Shown here piece after piece: positions 26,897-36,151 of a stretch of 44,509 bases of DNA. Within the stretch, counting starts at the first letter, position 1. Each line of letters opens with the position of its first letter. The translations under genes and the position numbers were made by a program. Origin of the DNA: Escherichia phage JSSK01; the sequence record OQ442786. The stretch is one strand, 5' to 3'. Under the pieces are notes generated by a model. It did not search any database and had not been told where the DNA came from. It saw only the letters and a program-made list of their open reading frames with translations.

Positions 26897-26920
26897 AAGG
26901 CCCCAAACGGGGCCTTTTCT
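26897..26920. terminator. bidirectional terminator (AGGCCCC-AAAC-GGGGCCT, TTTTCT)
   Basis: between convergent tailspike and minus-strand replication genes. Confidence 0.7.
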
Positions 26921-27058
26921 CTACTCTTCCGATAACTTCTCCAGTACAAACGCCAGTTGCGCATTAGCGGCGTCTCTCTGTTGCCGTAGTCGCAGAACCT
27001 CCTCTTCGAGTTCCTTGATACGTTTTTGCAATGCCGGAATCGGGGCTATGATGTTCAT
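26921..27058 (-). CDS. hypothetical small coiled-coil protein (45 aa)
   Basis: not in track; ATGA coupling with Toprim gene stop; ends at terminator. Confidence 0.25.
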   Translation of the reverse strand: MNIIAPIPALQKRIKELEEEVLRLRQQRDAANAQLAFVLEKLSEE

Positions 27059-27570
27059 CTGGTAAATTTCCTCGCAAGATACGTTATTTCTTCTTCACAA
27101 AGTTCATCAAGGTCGTTAGATACAAATCCTCTGGTGAATGTTTTGCTGAACTTTAATCCAGCTTTATCATTGTCGCCAGCGCACACCCAGTCATACGGCA
27201 AAAGTGACATTTGCTGCCGTAGGTCTGTTGATATATTTGACCCCAGTGCGCTTACAGCATTGAACCCGCAATTCATCAAGGCTACGGCTTTGAATATGCT
27301 TTCGGTAACAAATACCACCCCGCTTTCCGGCAAATACTCAAGCCCCCATAAACACGGCCTTGTTGTTCTGGTAAAGTACCGCGCGTCTTTAGGGTTTTTA
27401 CAGTTCTTTTCGGCATGTGGTTTGTAATGCTGGTATCCGCGAAGCCTACCGTCAAACCCCCACAGGTAAAACGTAGCTACTCCAGGGGCTAAGACTACCC
27501 GGAGACGGTCGGCGTCAAACCCACGCGCCAGCAGATGCGCCTTAAGTAGTAACTCCTCACAATCCATCAT
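27055..27570 (-). CDS. Toprim-domain protein (DnaG-like primase core or nuclease)
   Basis: VFVTESIFKA (conserved Glu) and CAGDNDKAG (DxD) in Toprim-like order. Confidence 0.5.
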   Translation of the reverse strand: MMDCEELLLKAHLLARGFDADRLRVVLAPGVATFYLWGFDGRLRGYQHYKPHAEKNCKNPKDARYFTRTTRPCLWGLEYLPESGVVFVTESIFKAVALMNCGFNAVSALGSNISTDLRQQMSLLPYDWVCAGDNDKAGLKFSKTFTRGFVSNDLDELCEEEITYLARKFTR

Positions 27571-28991
27571 TTCTTACCTCGTCTCTTCATGTAATTAAGC
27601 AATTCTTCCTGTACTGATTTCTTCTCGTCTGTACGAGCGGCGACAACCTCGTCAAGAGTGTCTTTAGCAACGATGTGGTAGAGGAACACCGGGCGCTCGT
27701 GCCCTGCCTGCTTCTGGCGGACAGGGCCTATACGCTCAACCACCTGCAAATAGTGCTCAAGGTTCCAACCTTGTGAAATAAACGCCAGATGGTGACCGCC
27801 GTCCTGTAAATTCAAACCATGACCGGCTGACGCAGGGTGTACGCACAAGATTTCGATTTCACCTCGGTTCCACGCTTCCATCTGCTTATTACCCTTAGCA
27901 CCTTTGGCAAATGCCTGTGCCTGCGGGAATCGCTTAAGGATGCGCTCCAGTTCGTGCTTGAACTGATAGGCTACAAGCAACGGCGCACCCTGTAACTCCT
28001 CAACAATGGACTCAAGCGCATCAAGTTTAGTGTCGTGCACTTTCTCCCATTCTTTGGTTGCTTCGCCATCTGGTCCCGATACATACACGGCACCAGAAGC
28101 AATCTGCAGGCACTTCGACGTCTTCGCTGCCGCGTTAGCCGCTTCAACTTCTCCGCTCTCCAGTTCCGCGAATAACTTTTCCTCCATATCTATGTACGCC
28201 TGACGCGCTTTCTTCGGCAGGTCGATTTCAACCGGTACAATAATCGGCGCTTCACACCCGAACCACTCGGCGGCGTCAATCGTGAGGCTAATATCCTTCA
28301 TCTTCTGGTGAATTTCACTATCCGCGCCAGGGCGCGCATGATACTCCCGCGCCATAGCCGATTTGCCTTTCTGCACCGAGTTAAACCAGCGGTCGGTGAA
28401 TGCGGTGTATGAAGACCCCAGGCGCTCGCCAGCGTCGATAAACCAGTTCTGGCCCCACAAATCCTTGAGGCCGTTAGGTGATGGTGTACCTGTAAGGTTA
28501 ATGAAACGCTTAACCTTACCGAACGCCACTTTGCTTAGCGCCTTCGCCCGCTTGCTTCCGCCAGAACGGCTGCGGAAAGATTTAAGCTTCGTGCTTTCAT
28601 CGGCAACGATAACAGTAAAAGGCCAGTCGTCTTTTCCGTAGTAGTCAATCAGCCACTCAATAACTTCGTAGTTTGTGCAAACCACGTTAGCATCAGACTC
28701 CAGCGCCGCGATGCGGCGCTTCTCCGAACCAGTTGCATCGACTACACTCAGGCAAGGAAAGTTCCATTTCTCTTGTTCTGCGGGCCACGTGCCTGACGCA
28801 ACACGTAACGGGGCGAGGATTAACACGCGGTCGCCGTCATTAAGTTGGCCGTTGCGGAACAGTCGGTTTAATGTCCACAGTACGCTGCCAGTCTTCCCGG
28901 CACCCATGCTTGCCCAAATATTACAGCGATGGTGCCGCAACATGAACGAAGTCATGAGCTTCTGGTACTCGCGCCTTTGAAACTTAGACAT
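27567..28991 (-). CDS. SNF2/DEAD-like superfamily 2 helicase
   Basis: start reassigned to ATG 28991 (MSKFQ, GAGG SD); Walker A GAGKTGS, DEST box (VIVADEST), helicase C-terminal QVVERIGPVRQ. Confidence 0.85.
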   Translation of the reverse strand: MSKFQRREYQKLMTSFMLRHHRCNIWASMGAGKTGSVLWTLNRLFRNGQLNDGDRVLILAPLRVASGTWPAEQEKWNFPCLSVVDATGSEKRRIAALESDANVVCTNYEVIEWLIDYYGKDDWPFTVIVADESTKLKSFRSRSGGSKRAKALSKVAFGKVKRFINLTGTPSPNGLKDLWGQNWFIDAGERLGSSYTAFTDRWFNSVQKGKSAMAREYHARPGADSEIHQKMKDISLTIDAAEWFGCEAPIIVPVEIDLPKKARQAYIDMEEKLFAELESGEVEAANAAAKTSKCLQIASGAVYVSGPDGEATKEWEKVHDTKLDALESIVEELQGAPLLVAYQFKHELERILKRFPQAQAFAKGAKGNKQMEAWNRGEIEILCVHPASAGHGLNLQDGGHHLAFISQGWNLEHYLQVVERIGPVRQKQAGHERPVFLYHIVAKDTLDEVVAARTDEKKSVQEELLNYMKRRGKK

Positions 28992-29667
28992 GATTAGCCT
29001 CGTAAACTGCTTTCGCAAACCCTCTCGGAGTAAGGCTGCGGATTGTCTTTGTCCGCACTGATTTACCGCCAAGTTTGTTGTGCTGGTCGGAGTACCCATC
29101 AACAACGGCAACACATGATTTAACCGGCATAACAAAACCGTTACCCGCCCAAATACATGTCTTCTTAGGGTACGCGTCCCGTGGTTTTATGTATTCAGGG
29201 AACATTGGGTGTGTGTCGTTTTCCGGTAGATAGCCGCCGTATTCGTAGGGATTGAACGCGTAGTCGGGCCTACGCCATAAAGACGAAAGAACGCTAACAG
29301 GGTTCTCAATCATATACGGTACTTTGTACTTTTTAGCCAGACGCGCTGCCACTTTGCATGTAATCACAGCCTCTACCTGAAACGTTGGGTTCTTCTTACG
29401 CTTCGTTTCGAAATGCGCCGCGCCACTAACGGCTAAATCTGTGCAAGGAGGGAACGCAAAAATAATATCCGGCGAAACCTCGAAGTCGAACTTATTATCA
29501 ATCCACGCGTTTATATAGTGGATGTTCTCGTGTTCAACCTTTGCACCCAATCGTGCGTAGTCGCCGTGGTCAGCGCCATCGTAGTTGAAACAGTAGCAAG
29601 TATGGCCTGCTTCTGCCCACGGTTGGGCCATAAGGCCCGAACCGTCAAACAATGACCAAACAATCAT
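28984..29667 (-). CDS. DNA (cytosine-5)-methyltransferase-like protein (compact, atypical)
   Basis: motif I LFDGSG, motif IV PPCT (Cys ~75), motif VI ENP (~121) with spacing similar to C5-MTases; only 227 aa. Confidence 0.55.
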   Translation of the reverse strand: MIVWSLFDGSGLMAQPWAEAGHTCYCFNYDGADHGDYARLGAKVEHENIHYINAWIDNKFDFEVSPDIIFAFPPCTDLAVSGAAHFETKRKKNPTFQVEAVITCKVAARLAKKYKVPYMIENPVSVLSSLWRRPDYAFNPYEYGGYLPENDTHPMFPEYIKPRDAYPKKTCIWAGNGFVMPVKSCVAVVDGYSDQHNKLGGKSVRTKTIRSLTPRGFAKAVYEANHV

Positions 29668-29855
29668 TTCGCCACCAGAACTAACTCTTTACGCCCGAAC
29701 GCCGTAACGTTACCAGTTACATCTTCAATAACCAGTTTACCGTTCGACTCGACGAACACCGTATCAACGGCAACAGGGCGACGGGTCTTAACGTTGAAAA
29801 TCATGTCGCCCGGTACGATGTCGCGTGCTGGTTTGCGGTCATATTCGTGTTTCAT
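29664..29855 (-). CDS. hypothetical protein (63 aa)
   Basis: track ORF, ATGA-coupled to methyltransferase gene; downstream of conserved promoter cassette. Confidence 0.45.
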   Translation of the reverse strand: MKHEYDRKPARDIVPGDMIFNVKTRRPVAVDTVFVESNGKLVIEDVTGNVTAFGRKELVLVAK

Positions 29856-29885
29856 TTCTCAATTCCTTATATTGTTGGTGTGTGA

Positions 29886-30173
29886 CTAACTATAATAGCT
29901 CGCTATTAGGGTGTCAACCTGTTTAAACGAACCGACGACAAAAACATTCGCACCACGTTTACGCATCCGCTCGTGCTCGCGTAACTGGTGCGGGTCAGGC
30001 TTCGTGTTTTCGTCTTTCTTAACCTCGACGAACCAGACGATGCCGCCTGGGAGAATTGCCAGCAGGTCGGGAGCACCCGAACGTCCTTCGTAGGAGAGCT
30101 TACGAACGAGGCCCCCCAGGGCCTCGAATCGGTCTTTTGCGTATTTCTGTATTTTGCCCTCAGGAGTACTCAT
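29886..30173 (-). CDS. VRR-NUC domain nuclease
   Basis: GAPDLLAILPGGIVWFVEVKK matches the VRR-NUC signature (PD...EVK). Confidence 0.65.
   Translation of the reverse strand: MSTPEGKIQKYAKDRFEALGGLVRKLSYEGRSGAPDLLAILPGGIVWFVEVKKDENTKPDPHQLREHERMRKRGANVFVVGSFKQVDTLIASYYS
29889..29917 (-). promoter_or_regulatory. replication-module promoter cassette copy 1 (TTGACA-17-TATAGT)
   Basis: plus-strand text AACTATAATAGC...CTATT...GTGTCAAC; three near-identical copies. Confidence 0.55.
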
Positions 30174-30254
30174 CTATACACCCCTCACGTTTCGTGTGCT
30201 CAATCCCGCAGCGCGGACAGATTCGACAGTCTTCTTCATAGAACCAGTAGATTT

Positions 30255-30386
30255 TCATTCCAGCACCCATAGATAAATTGCGATGAACATTCCCAATATG
30301 GCAACCATCATTCCGTATTGGCCCTCGTGACAGTAGACACCGGCGGCGAATCCCGCCAGTAACGCGATAATCAGTTTACTTAGCAT
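30255..30386 (-). CDS. hypothetical small membrane peptide (43 aa)
   Basis: not in track; overlaps 3' end of polymerase gene; hydrophobic. Confidence 0.25.
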   Translation of the reverse strand: MLSKLIIALLAGFAAGVYCHEGQYGMMVAILGMFIAIYLWVLE

Positions 30387-32547
30387 AACGTTTTAACTCC
30401 TGACCTTCCGCTACAAGAGGGAACCCTTCGGCCCATTCTGGTAATTCGCACATCAACCGCTCAAGCTCTGCGACATTGTATTCTGGTAAATCCGGTGTCT
30501 CGCAGATAATTTCATCGTGAACATGGAGCACAATCGGGTAGCCGTTTGCCTCTACGTTCAGCAGCGCGTTAGCCAGCAAATCACGGCACAGCGCCTGAGT
30601 GCAGTTTTCCACCAGTTTACCAGAGTAGGTGTACTGGAAGCCCCACTGACGGGTTAACTGGTTCTCCCCCTGGTACTTGATGCGCACGTTAGTAGACACT
30701 TTTCCATCTTCGTCTGTCTCTTTCGACACGCTTAACCCGACACCTGGATAAGACATAACGCGGCCCGACGGCAACGTCATGCGCAACCACCAACCGGCGA
30801 CTTTGTTGCCGTTGTTGTCTGTCTCTACGTTGCGCGAAAACTTAACGCCGCGGGGACCTGCGGTGAACTCTTTACCGGGATTACGGATTGCTGCCATAGC
30901 TGCGTCTTCAATATCGCGCCAGAATTGGACTATTGCAGGATTAGCTTCCCGGTACATGCGCTTTAAAGCGTCACAGGTGCGCCAAACTTTCTTATCAAGG
31001 ATATATGAGGGTCGGTCATCTTTTTCACCAGGACGTGGTGGTCGCTTGGCTTCCTGAATACGCGCCCATTCGTATCCGCGTGCGGTAGCGGCCCAAATAT
31101 GGTCCGGGAATGTACCGTCTAAAGTGTTAGTCATGTCATTCAAATCAAGACCTAAGTTTTTAGCAAACGTGACGAAAGCACCGACGCCCCCCGCGTAGCC
31201 GAGTCCCAGAACCATTGCTTTGGCTATTTGTCTTTGGTCCTTTGTTACGGCTTCATATGCAACATTGAACACCGTTGATGCGAGTTTCTTATACACATCA
31301 ACCCCGTTTACAAATACTTCGATTAAATCGTCTTCACCCGCCAGCCACGCAAGACCGCGGCCTTCGACGTTAGAGTAATCGGCAACGACAAACTTATGCC
31401 CTGCTTCCGGTATGATGCAGCTGCGCACCGTCGATGCCGTTAGTTTGGCTACATCGAAACGGCGGTGCGCACGGCCTTTAAGTAACGCAGAAATGCCTTT
31501 ATCCAGTTCGTCGTCGTGATAGTACCCGCGAGCCAGGTTCTGCGGCTGGAAGCCTTTACCCGCAAATCGTAACGTACGTTTAGCTCCACCATACTGGATG
31601 CAACCGCGACGTCGGTCGTCCGACGAGCGGCCTAACAGCAGCGGGTTATATTTCGTGGACGCTGTTGACGCGGCCCCGAGGCGCATTTCGATAATCATCC
31701 GGGCGTCGTCCGGTAAATCATCATCTGCCAACAGGTCGTTAAGCGTCGACTTCTGTGCATTGTGTATGCGGTGCGCGGGCGCAAGTTCACGCAGAATCGG
31801 AAGGAAGTCTTTACCGGTAAGCGAGCCGCCGTATTTACGTTGAGCTTCTTCCTGTAACTGTGCCTTGTGCTTCTCTACGGCTTCAATCGCGGCTTCCGCC
31901 AGTGCGACGTCAACCTTAAATCCGCGGTCGTTGATTAACTGGTCAAGTTCCAGTACACGGTCTTCGAACTCGGAGTTACCCCAACGCGGCAGCTTATGGA
32001 AGACTTCACGCATCGCAGTGATGTCGCTCACGGCGTACCTGATGAACATCGCCCACTCGTCAGGGTGAGTTTCTGCGGTGTAGCGGCGGATTTTGTAGTT
32101 CTTCGGCGTCGGTTTAGAGAAACGCTTAATCAGAGCCTTGCCGCGTTTATCTTTCGCGTTGTCTGCAGACACGCCCAGCACTTCGCACAGCGCATCAAGA
32201 GAACCCGGCAGCGCGTGACGGAACGCCCAAATCATAGTATCAATGGTGTTACTTACCGGAATATCAAAGTCCCAGCAGTGTTTCATGATTAGGCGATCGA
32301 AAAGTCCACCGTTGTGCCACACCATCCTGATGCGGCTGTTGGGCTTAACAAGGCGGCGCAGTGCGCGGTGTAAATCCCCCGGCATGTCGCTGCCGTCGGT
32401 GCAATCCCATACCTGCACAGGCTCATCGTCAAAAGCATAGGTACAGATTAGCACTTCGGTTGACGGGTGTTCGGCGTAAGCGTAAGAACCGACTTTCTTC
32501 AAATCGGCTTCTGAGAATGTTTCAAAGTCTAAGAACAGGTAACTCAT
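30376..32547 (-). CDS. family A DNA polymerase with 3'-5' exonuclease domain
   Basis: Exo I motif LFLDFETFS; motif A DYSNVEGR; motif B RQIAKAMVLGLGYAGG; motif C HVHDE. Confidence 0.9.
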   Translation of the reverse strand: MSYLFLDFETFSEADLKKVGSYAYAEHPSTEVLICTYAFDDEPVQVWDCTDGSDMPGDLHRALRRLVKPNSRIRMVWHNGGLFDRLIMKHCWDFDIPVSNTIDTMIWAFRHALPGSLDALCEVLGVSADNAKDKRGKALIKRFSKPTPKNYKIRRYTAETHPDEWAMFIRYAVSDITAMREVFHKLPRWGNSEFEDRVLELDQLINDRGFKVDVALAEAAIEAVEKHKAQLQEEAQRKYGGSLTGKDFLPILRELAPAHRIHNAQKSTLNDLLADDDLPDDARMIIEMRLGAASTASTKYNPLLLGRSSDDRRRGCIQYGGAKRTLRFAGKGFQPQNLARGYYHDDELDKGISALLKGRAHRRFDVAKLTASTVRSCIIPEAGHKFVVADYSNVEGRGLAWLAGEDDLIEVFVNGVDVYKKLASTVFNVAYEAVTKDQRQIAKAMVLGLGYAGGVGAFVTFAKNLGLDLNDMTNTLDGTFPDHIWAATARGYEWARIQEAKRPPRPGEKDDRPSYILDKKVWRTCDALKRMYREANPAIVQFWRDIEDAAMAAIRNPGKEFTAGPRGVKFSRNVETDNNGNKVAGWWLRMTLPSGRVMSYPGVGLSVSKETDEDGKVSTNVRIKYQGENQLTRQWGFQYTYSGKLVENCTQALCRDLLANALLNVEANGYPIVLHVHDEIICETPDLPEYNVAELERLMCELPEWAEGFPLVAEGQELKRYAK

Positions 32548-32564
32548 TATTTTTGACCCCTAGT

Positions 32565-32587
32565 AAAAAGGCCCAATGAAGGGCCTT
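32565..32587 (-). terminator. attenuator hairpin between SSB and polymerase genes
   Basis: GGCCC stem with T-run on the minus strand. Confidence 0.4.
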
Positions 32588-32606
32588 AGTTAAATTGATT
32601 CAGATA

Positions 32607-33233
32607 TTAGCGGCGGCGACGTTCGCGGCGCGGTGCTTCATCTTCTTCGTCGTCTTCCAGGTCATTGACGCTCGCAGCGACTTTAGAACCGCCGAACGCT
32701 TTGCCTTCACCGACGTACTTAATCGCCAGCAGGTTAACCCCGAGAACTTTATATTTCTGGCTGAACCAGATTTCGACGCTTACGTTAGCGACACAGCCAC
32801 TGTAAACCTGTTCGCCTTCAATCTGTTCGCCGTCTACGTTGAAGTCCTGCTCCACCTGAGTCTCACCTTTTTTAGAGGTTACAATCAGCGGCTGCTTCTG
32901 CGCCTTCGCTTTGAAGTAGAAGCCTTCTGGGAAGTCTTCAAACGGGTTATCACGCTCAGCAATGTCTTTAATCGCGCATTTATCCATGTGCTTACCTTCG
33001 CCGTAGTTGGACTTCATCCATTTCTCGGCAGCAGCTGCGCCTAACGCTTCCTCAACCACAGCGTAAACAGTGTCGTAGAGTGCATCGATTTGAGCGTGGT
33101 CAGGCGGCAGGATGATAGTCGCGCTATACTGGCCTTTAGTGATGGAGCCATCATCGTTTTCACGGTCTTTTTCTCGTTCGAATACGTTAACCCATGCAGT
33201 GTTTACTTTACGCAGATTCAGTTTAATTCCCAT
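32607..33233 (-). CDS. single-stranded DNA-binding protein (gp2.5-like / DUF2815-like, putative)
   Basis: 208 aa, acidic DLEDDEEDE C-terminal tail; between PD-(D/E)XK nuclease and DNA polymerase. Confidence 0.45.
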   Translation of the reverse strand: MGIKLNLRKVNTAWVNVFEREKDRENDDGSITKGQYSATIILPPDHAQIDALYDTVYAVVEEALGAAAAEKWMKSNYGEGKHMDKCAIKDIAERDNPFEDFPEGFYFKAKAQKQPLIVTSKKGETQVEQDFNVDGEQIEGEQVYSGCVANVSVEIWFSQKYKVLGVNLLAIKYVGEGKAFGGSKVAASVNDLEDDEEDEAPRRERRRR

Positions 33234-33287
33234 CTTAATTTCTCGCTTTTCAGTTTACTCCTGGAAGCTGCCAGGCCAGTGATTAGA

Positions 33288-33316
33288 ACTATAATAGCTA
33301 ACTATTCAGGTGTCAA
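33288..33316 (-). promoter_or_regulatory. replication-module promoter cassette copy 2 (TTGACA-17-TATAGT)
   Basis: plus-strand text GAACTATAATAGCTAACTATTCAGGTGTCAACAC. Confidence 0.55.
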
Positions 33317-33320
33317 CACT

Positions 33321-34562
33321 TTATTCTAAATCTTTTTCACTAACCCGATTCCACTCAGGACGTTTGTCGTTTGCCGTTGCGACACATGGCGCTCCTGGCT
33401 TACGGGTAATGAAGTCTTTCAGTTCATCTTCCGGTATGACTTTAACAGCTTCGGTTGGCGTCATGAGCACTTGCTTCATTAGCGCTATGCCATACTTGCC
33501 AGCAACTTTCTCCGCGTCTTTCCACGCACGATTACCTGGGCGTCCTTCTACCAGTTTGTACCCCGGCACTTTCTTACCGGAATGCAGCGCGGCAGCCATA
33601 GCTTTCTCAACCTTGTCGATGTGCTGGCGCAACAACGGCAACTTCTCATACTCAGCTACAAGTTGCTCCGTCGTCAGTTCCAGCGCAAAGTCGTCCTCCA
33701 GTTCTTCCGCCAGTACAGCGTTAACGGTTTTTGTACGCGCGGCGCATTGTTCAGAGAACCGACACCACTGACAACCATCGACAGACGGCTTAAAGTCAGA
33801 TGCTTTCAGGTTCTTCTTGCCGCGGGAATAGGCATCGAGCGCTAACAGTGCTCGTTTTTGTGCAAACTTAGCGAACAGTTCAAGGCCTTCAACCGAGATG
33901 TCCCACTCCGACGCACCGCCAGCGCACGGCTGGAAAATTACCAGACGAACCACGGTGATGTTATAACGCCTCTTGAGTCGGCGATAAACACCGAGAGCGT
34001 AAAGCATAAGCTGCTTGTTTTCTTTCGCTTCGACACGATGCCGTCCTGTTTTCAGGTCGCCGATAATGAGCATATGCTCGTCAGTGTTCGCCAGTTCCTG
34101 AACGGCAACAAGGTCAGCGGTTCCGAACGTCTCAACGCCTTCGTAACCCGGATGCAATACCTCAGTAAGATTTACCCGCATTTCCAGCTTGGCGTAAGTC
34201 GCTACGTCGATAATCGCTTTGCAGTAGTCGGTGTACTTGCGCACCTGCTCAATCATGTCAGCCGTAATCAGTACCGCGCCTTTCATCTGGCTAATTAGCG
34301 CCTTAATCTGGCCTTTACCCTCGTCCAGCACGTAAGCGCCGACTTCACGCTCCAACGGCAACGCAGTGCCGCGTATATAGGCGTTGAGATGGACCTCAGC
34401 TATGGTGTGCATGGCGGTTCCTGATACAGCGGCTTTACCCGACGTGTTAGGGATATCTTTTTCACACGCCAGCGACGCAGCGCATGACAGCCACTTTTTA
34501 GCGCCTGACGGTGACAGTAAGGCGTGTACATCATTATTGCCGCCTCGTTCTTTTAGTTTCAT
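33321..34562 (-). CDS. PD-(D/E)XK exonuclease (DUF2800 / Cas4-RecB-like) with C-terminal Cys cluster
   Basis: start reassigned to ATG 34562 (MKLKE); N-terminal LLSPSGAKKWLSCAASL typical of DUF2800; C-terminal CQWCRFSEQC. Confidence 0.6.
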   Translation of the reverse strand: MKLKERGGNNDVHALLSPSGAKKWLSCAASLACEKDIPNTSGKAAVSGTAMHTIAEVHLNAYIRGTALPLEREVGAYVLDEGKGQIKALISQMKGAVLITADMIEQVRKYTDYCKAIIDVATYAKLEMRVNLTEVLHPGYEGVETFGTADLVAVQELANTDEHMLIIGDLKTGRHRVEAKENKQLMLYALGVYRRLKRRYNITVVRLVIFQPCAGGASEWDISVEGLELFAKFAQKRALLALDAYSRGKKNLKASDFKPSVDGCQWCRFSEQCAARTKTVNAVLAEELEDDFALELTTEQLVAEYEKLPLLRQHIDKVEKAMAAALHSGKKVPGYKLVEGRPGNRAWKDAEKVAGKYGIALMKQVLMTPTEAVKVIPEDELKDFITRKPGAPCVATANDKRPEWNRVSEKDLE

Positions 34563-34859
34563 GCTCTTAAACTCCCACCCCATTTAACTTTACGCGTTTT
34601 GCGCTTGTAGGCGCACGTGTCACCGCTACGGTTGAATATAATCAGCCAAGTCGAGTTGCTTACTCGAAAAGGCTGGTGACATTTAATAAAGAGAAGTCGC
34701 GCTTTACGGTTCGTCATTCTGCAATCTCCACAATACGCGCATTAGTGAAACTGCGTGCGAAGCCGAATGTGTAGAAGATGTACTGGGCTTCGTCCAAACG
34801 TGCGTAGCGGCTGTGTTCCTGGTCTTTACCGTCTATTTCTACAATTATCGCGTACCTTG

Positions 34860-35132
34860 TCATACCCTGCTCTCCCACTGGTCGATTAAATGTCGCGTCT
34901 TATGTTCGCAGTGCATAGCCCACCCATACATCGACTCAAAGACATAAAAGTCTGGCTTGGCGAATGTCGTGCGCTTAATCTGTGACACGTGACGACCTAT
35001 ATCTTTAGGCCGCGGTACTTTGCCTAAGTAAGCCATCTCTTCCATCTGGTGCGCCCCGGACGGCGCACGCAACAGCCATAGTGCCTCTGTGTTGTCCCGC
35101 CTGTCGACGGCGCGGTAGAGTTGGTAAATCAT
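34860..35132 (-). CDS. hypothetical protein (90 aa)
   Basis: track ORF in coupled minus-strand gene chain. Confidence 0.45.
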   Translation of the reverse strand: MIYQLYRAVDRRDNTEALWLLRAPSGAHQMEEMAYLGKVPRPKDIGRHVSQIKRTTFAKPDFYVFESMYGWAMHCEHKTRHLIDQWESRV

Positions 35133-35332
35133 TTCCTTACCCTCGCAGAATTAATCCACGTGAAAACATCGTCAATAGAAAAATCGCCGTCGAAAACCTT
35201 CTCAACTTTGCTGGCCTTCTTGACCGTCGTAGGGTGTTTGTTGTCTACCGCCTGAAATACGTAAACCAAATCATTTTCAGCGACAACGCTGCCAGAAATC
35301 ATAAGACCACTTTTCTTAGCTAAAATAGCCAT
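35129..35332 (-). CDS. hypothetical protein (67 aa)
   Basis: track ORF, ATGA-coupled. Confidence 0.45.
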   Translation of the reverse strand: MAILAKKSGLMISGSVVAENDLVYVFQAVDNKHPTTVKKASKVEKVFDGDFSIDDVFTWINSARVRK

Positions 35333-35343
35333 AATTCCGACCC

Positions 35344-35559
35344 TCAGTAGTACGGCGCAAATTCACCTTTAACGGCGGGACGAATTGTATGTACCGCCGT
35401 TTTATCGGTTGGGTACATGTCCGCCCAATATTCGCCAGCGGCATAGTCAAGAGTCCCGCGCCACGCACCATTCAAAACAAAGAATTGCTGACAACCAACA
35501 TATGAGTCACTTATTTCTACAACTATTTGTTCGTTTATTACTTTGTATACGTTACTCAT
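35344..35559 (-). CDS. hypothetical protein (71 aa)
   Basis: track ORF. Confidence 0.45.
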   Translation of the reverse strand: MSNVYKVINEQIVVEISDSYVGCQQFFVLNGAWRGTLDYAAGEYWADMYPTDKTAVHTIRPAVKGEFAPYY

Positions 35560-35602
35560 TATTACGACCCTCAGTTAAAGCGGCCCGAAGGCCGCCAGAT
35601 AA

Positions 35603-36127
35603 TTATTCTTCTTCGAAATACTTGTTCTTGATTGCTGTCAAGCGTTCCAGGTATTCAGCCAGGTCTTCGTCTTTAATCGCTGCAATCTTCATTTTCTTAC
35701 CAGTGAACTCTTCCAGCAGTTCATCAGAATCGTCGCACGCGGCATCGCTAGGACCTTCATTAATTGCATCGTCGATGGCCTGAATCTGGTCACGAAGAGA
35801 CTGGTAATCGACCTCTTCTTTCTCTTCTTCCGGTTCTGGCGTAGGCTCCTCTACTTTAGGTTTACGCGGCTTGCGTTTCGGCTTCTCTTCTTCTGCTGGT
35901 TTGGTGTCAACGACGTCTTCACCTTCGACCTCAATGTCTCTTACCGCGTCGAACGCTTCTTTAACCACATGAGCTACCGTCTTTTCTTCGACCGTGATTT
36001 CTTTTGTTGCAACAGTAGGCTTTATTGTTGCGGATTCAGCAATGACTACTTGTTTCGAACTATTCGCGGCAATCAGTTCATGTGCAACTACGAAACGTTC
36101 CAGCAATACTAAGAATTTCTCTAACAT
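35603..36127 (-). CDS. highly acidic protein (174 aa), unknown function
   Basis: long Glu/Asp-rich stretches (EVEGEDVVD..., PEPEEEKEEVD...). Confidence 0.5.
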   Translation of the reverse strand: MLEKFLVLLERFVVAHELIAANSSKQVVIAESATIKPTVATKEITVEEKTVAHVVKEAFDAVRDIEVEGEDVVDTKPAEEEKPKRKPRKPKVEEPTPEPEEEKEEVDYQSLRDQIQAIDDAINEGPSDAACDDSDELLEEFTGKKMKIAAIKDEDLAEYLERLTAIKNKYFEEE

Positions 36128-36151
36128 TTGTTTCTCTCCTGTTTGTGTAAG

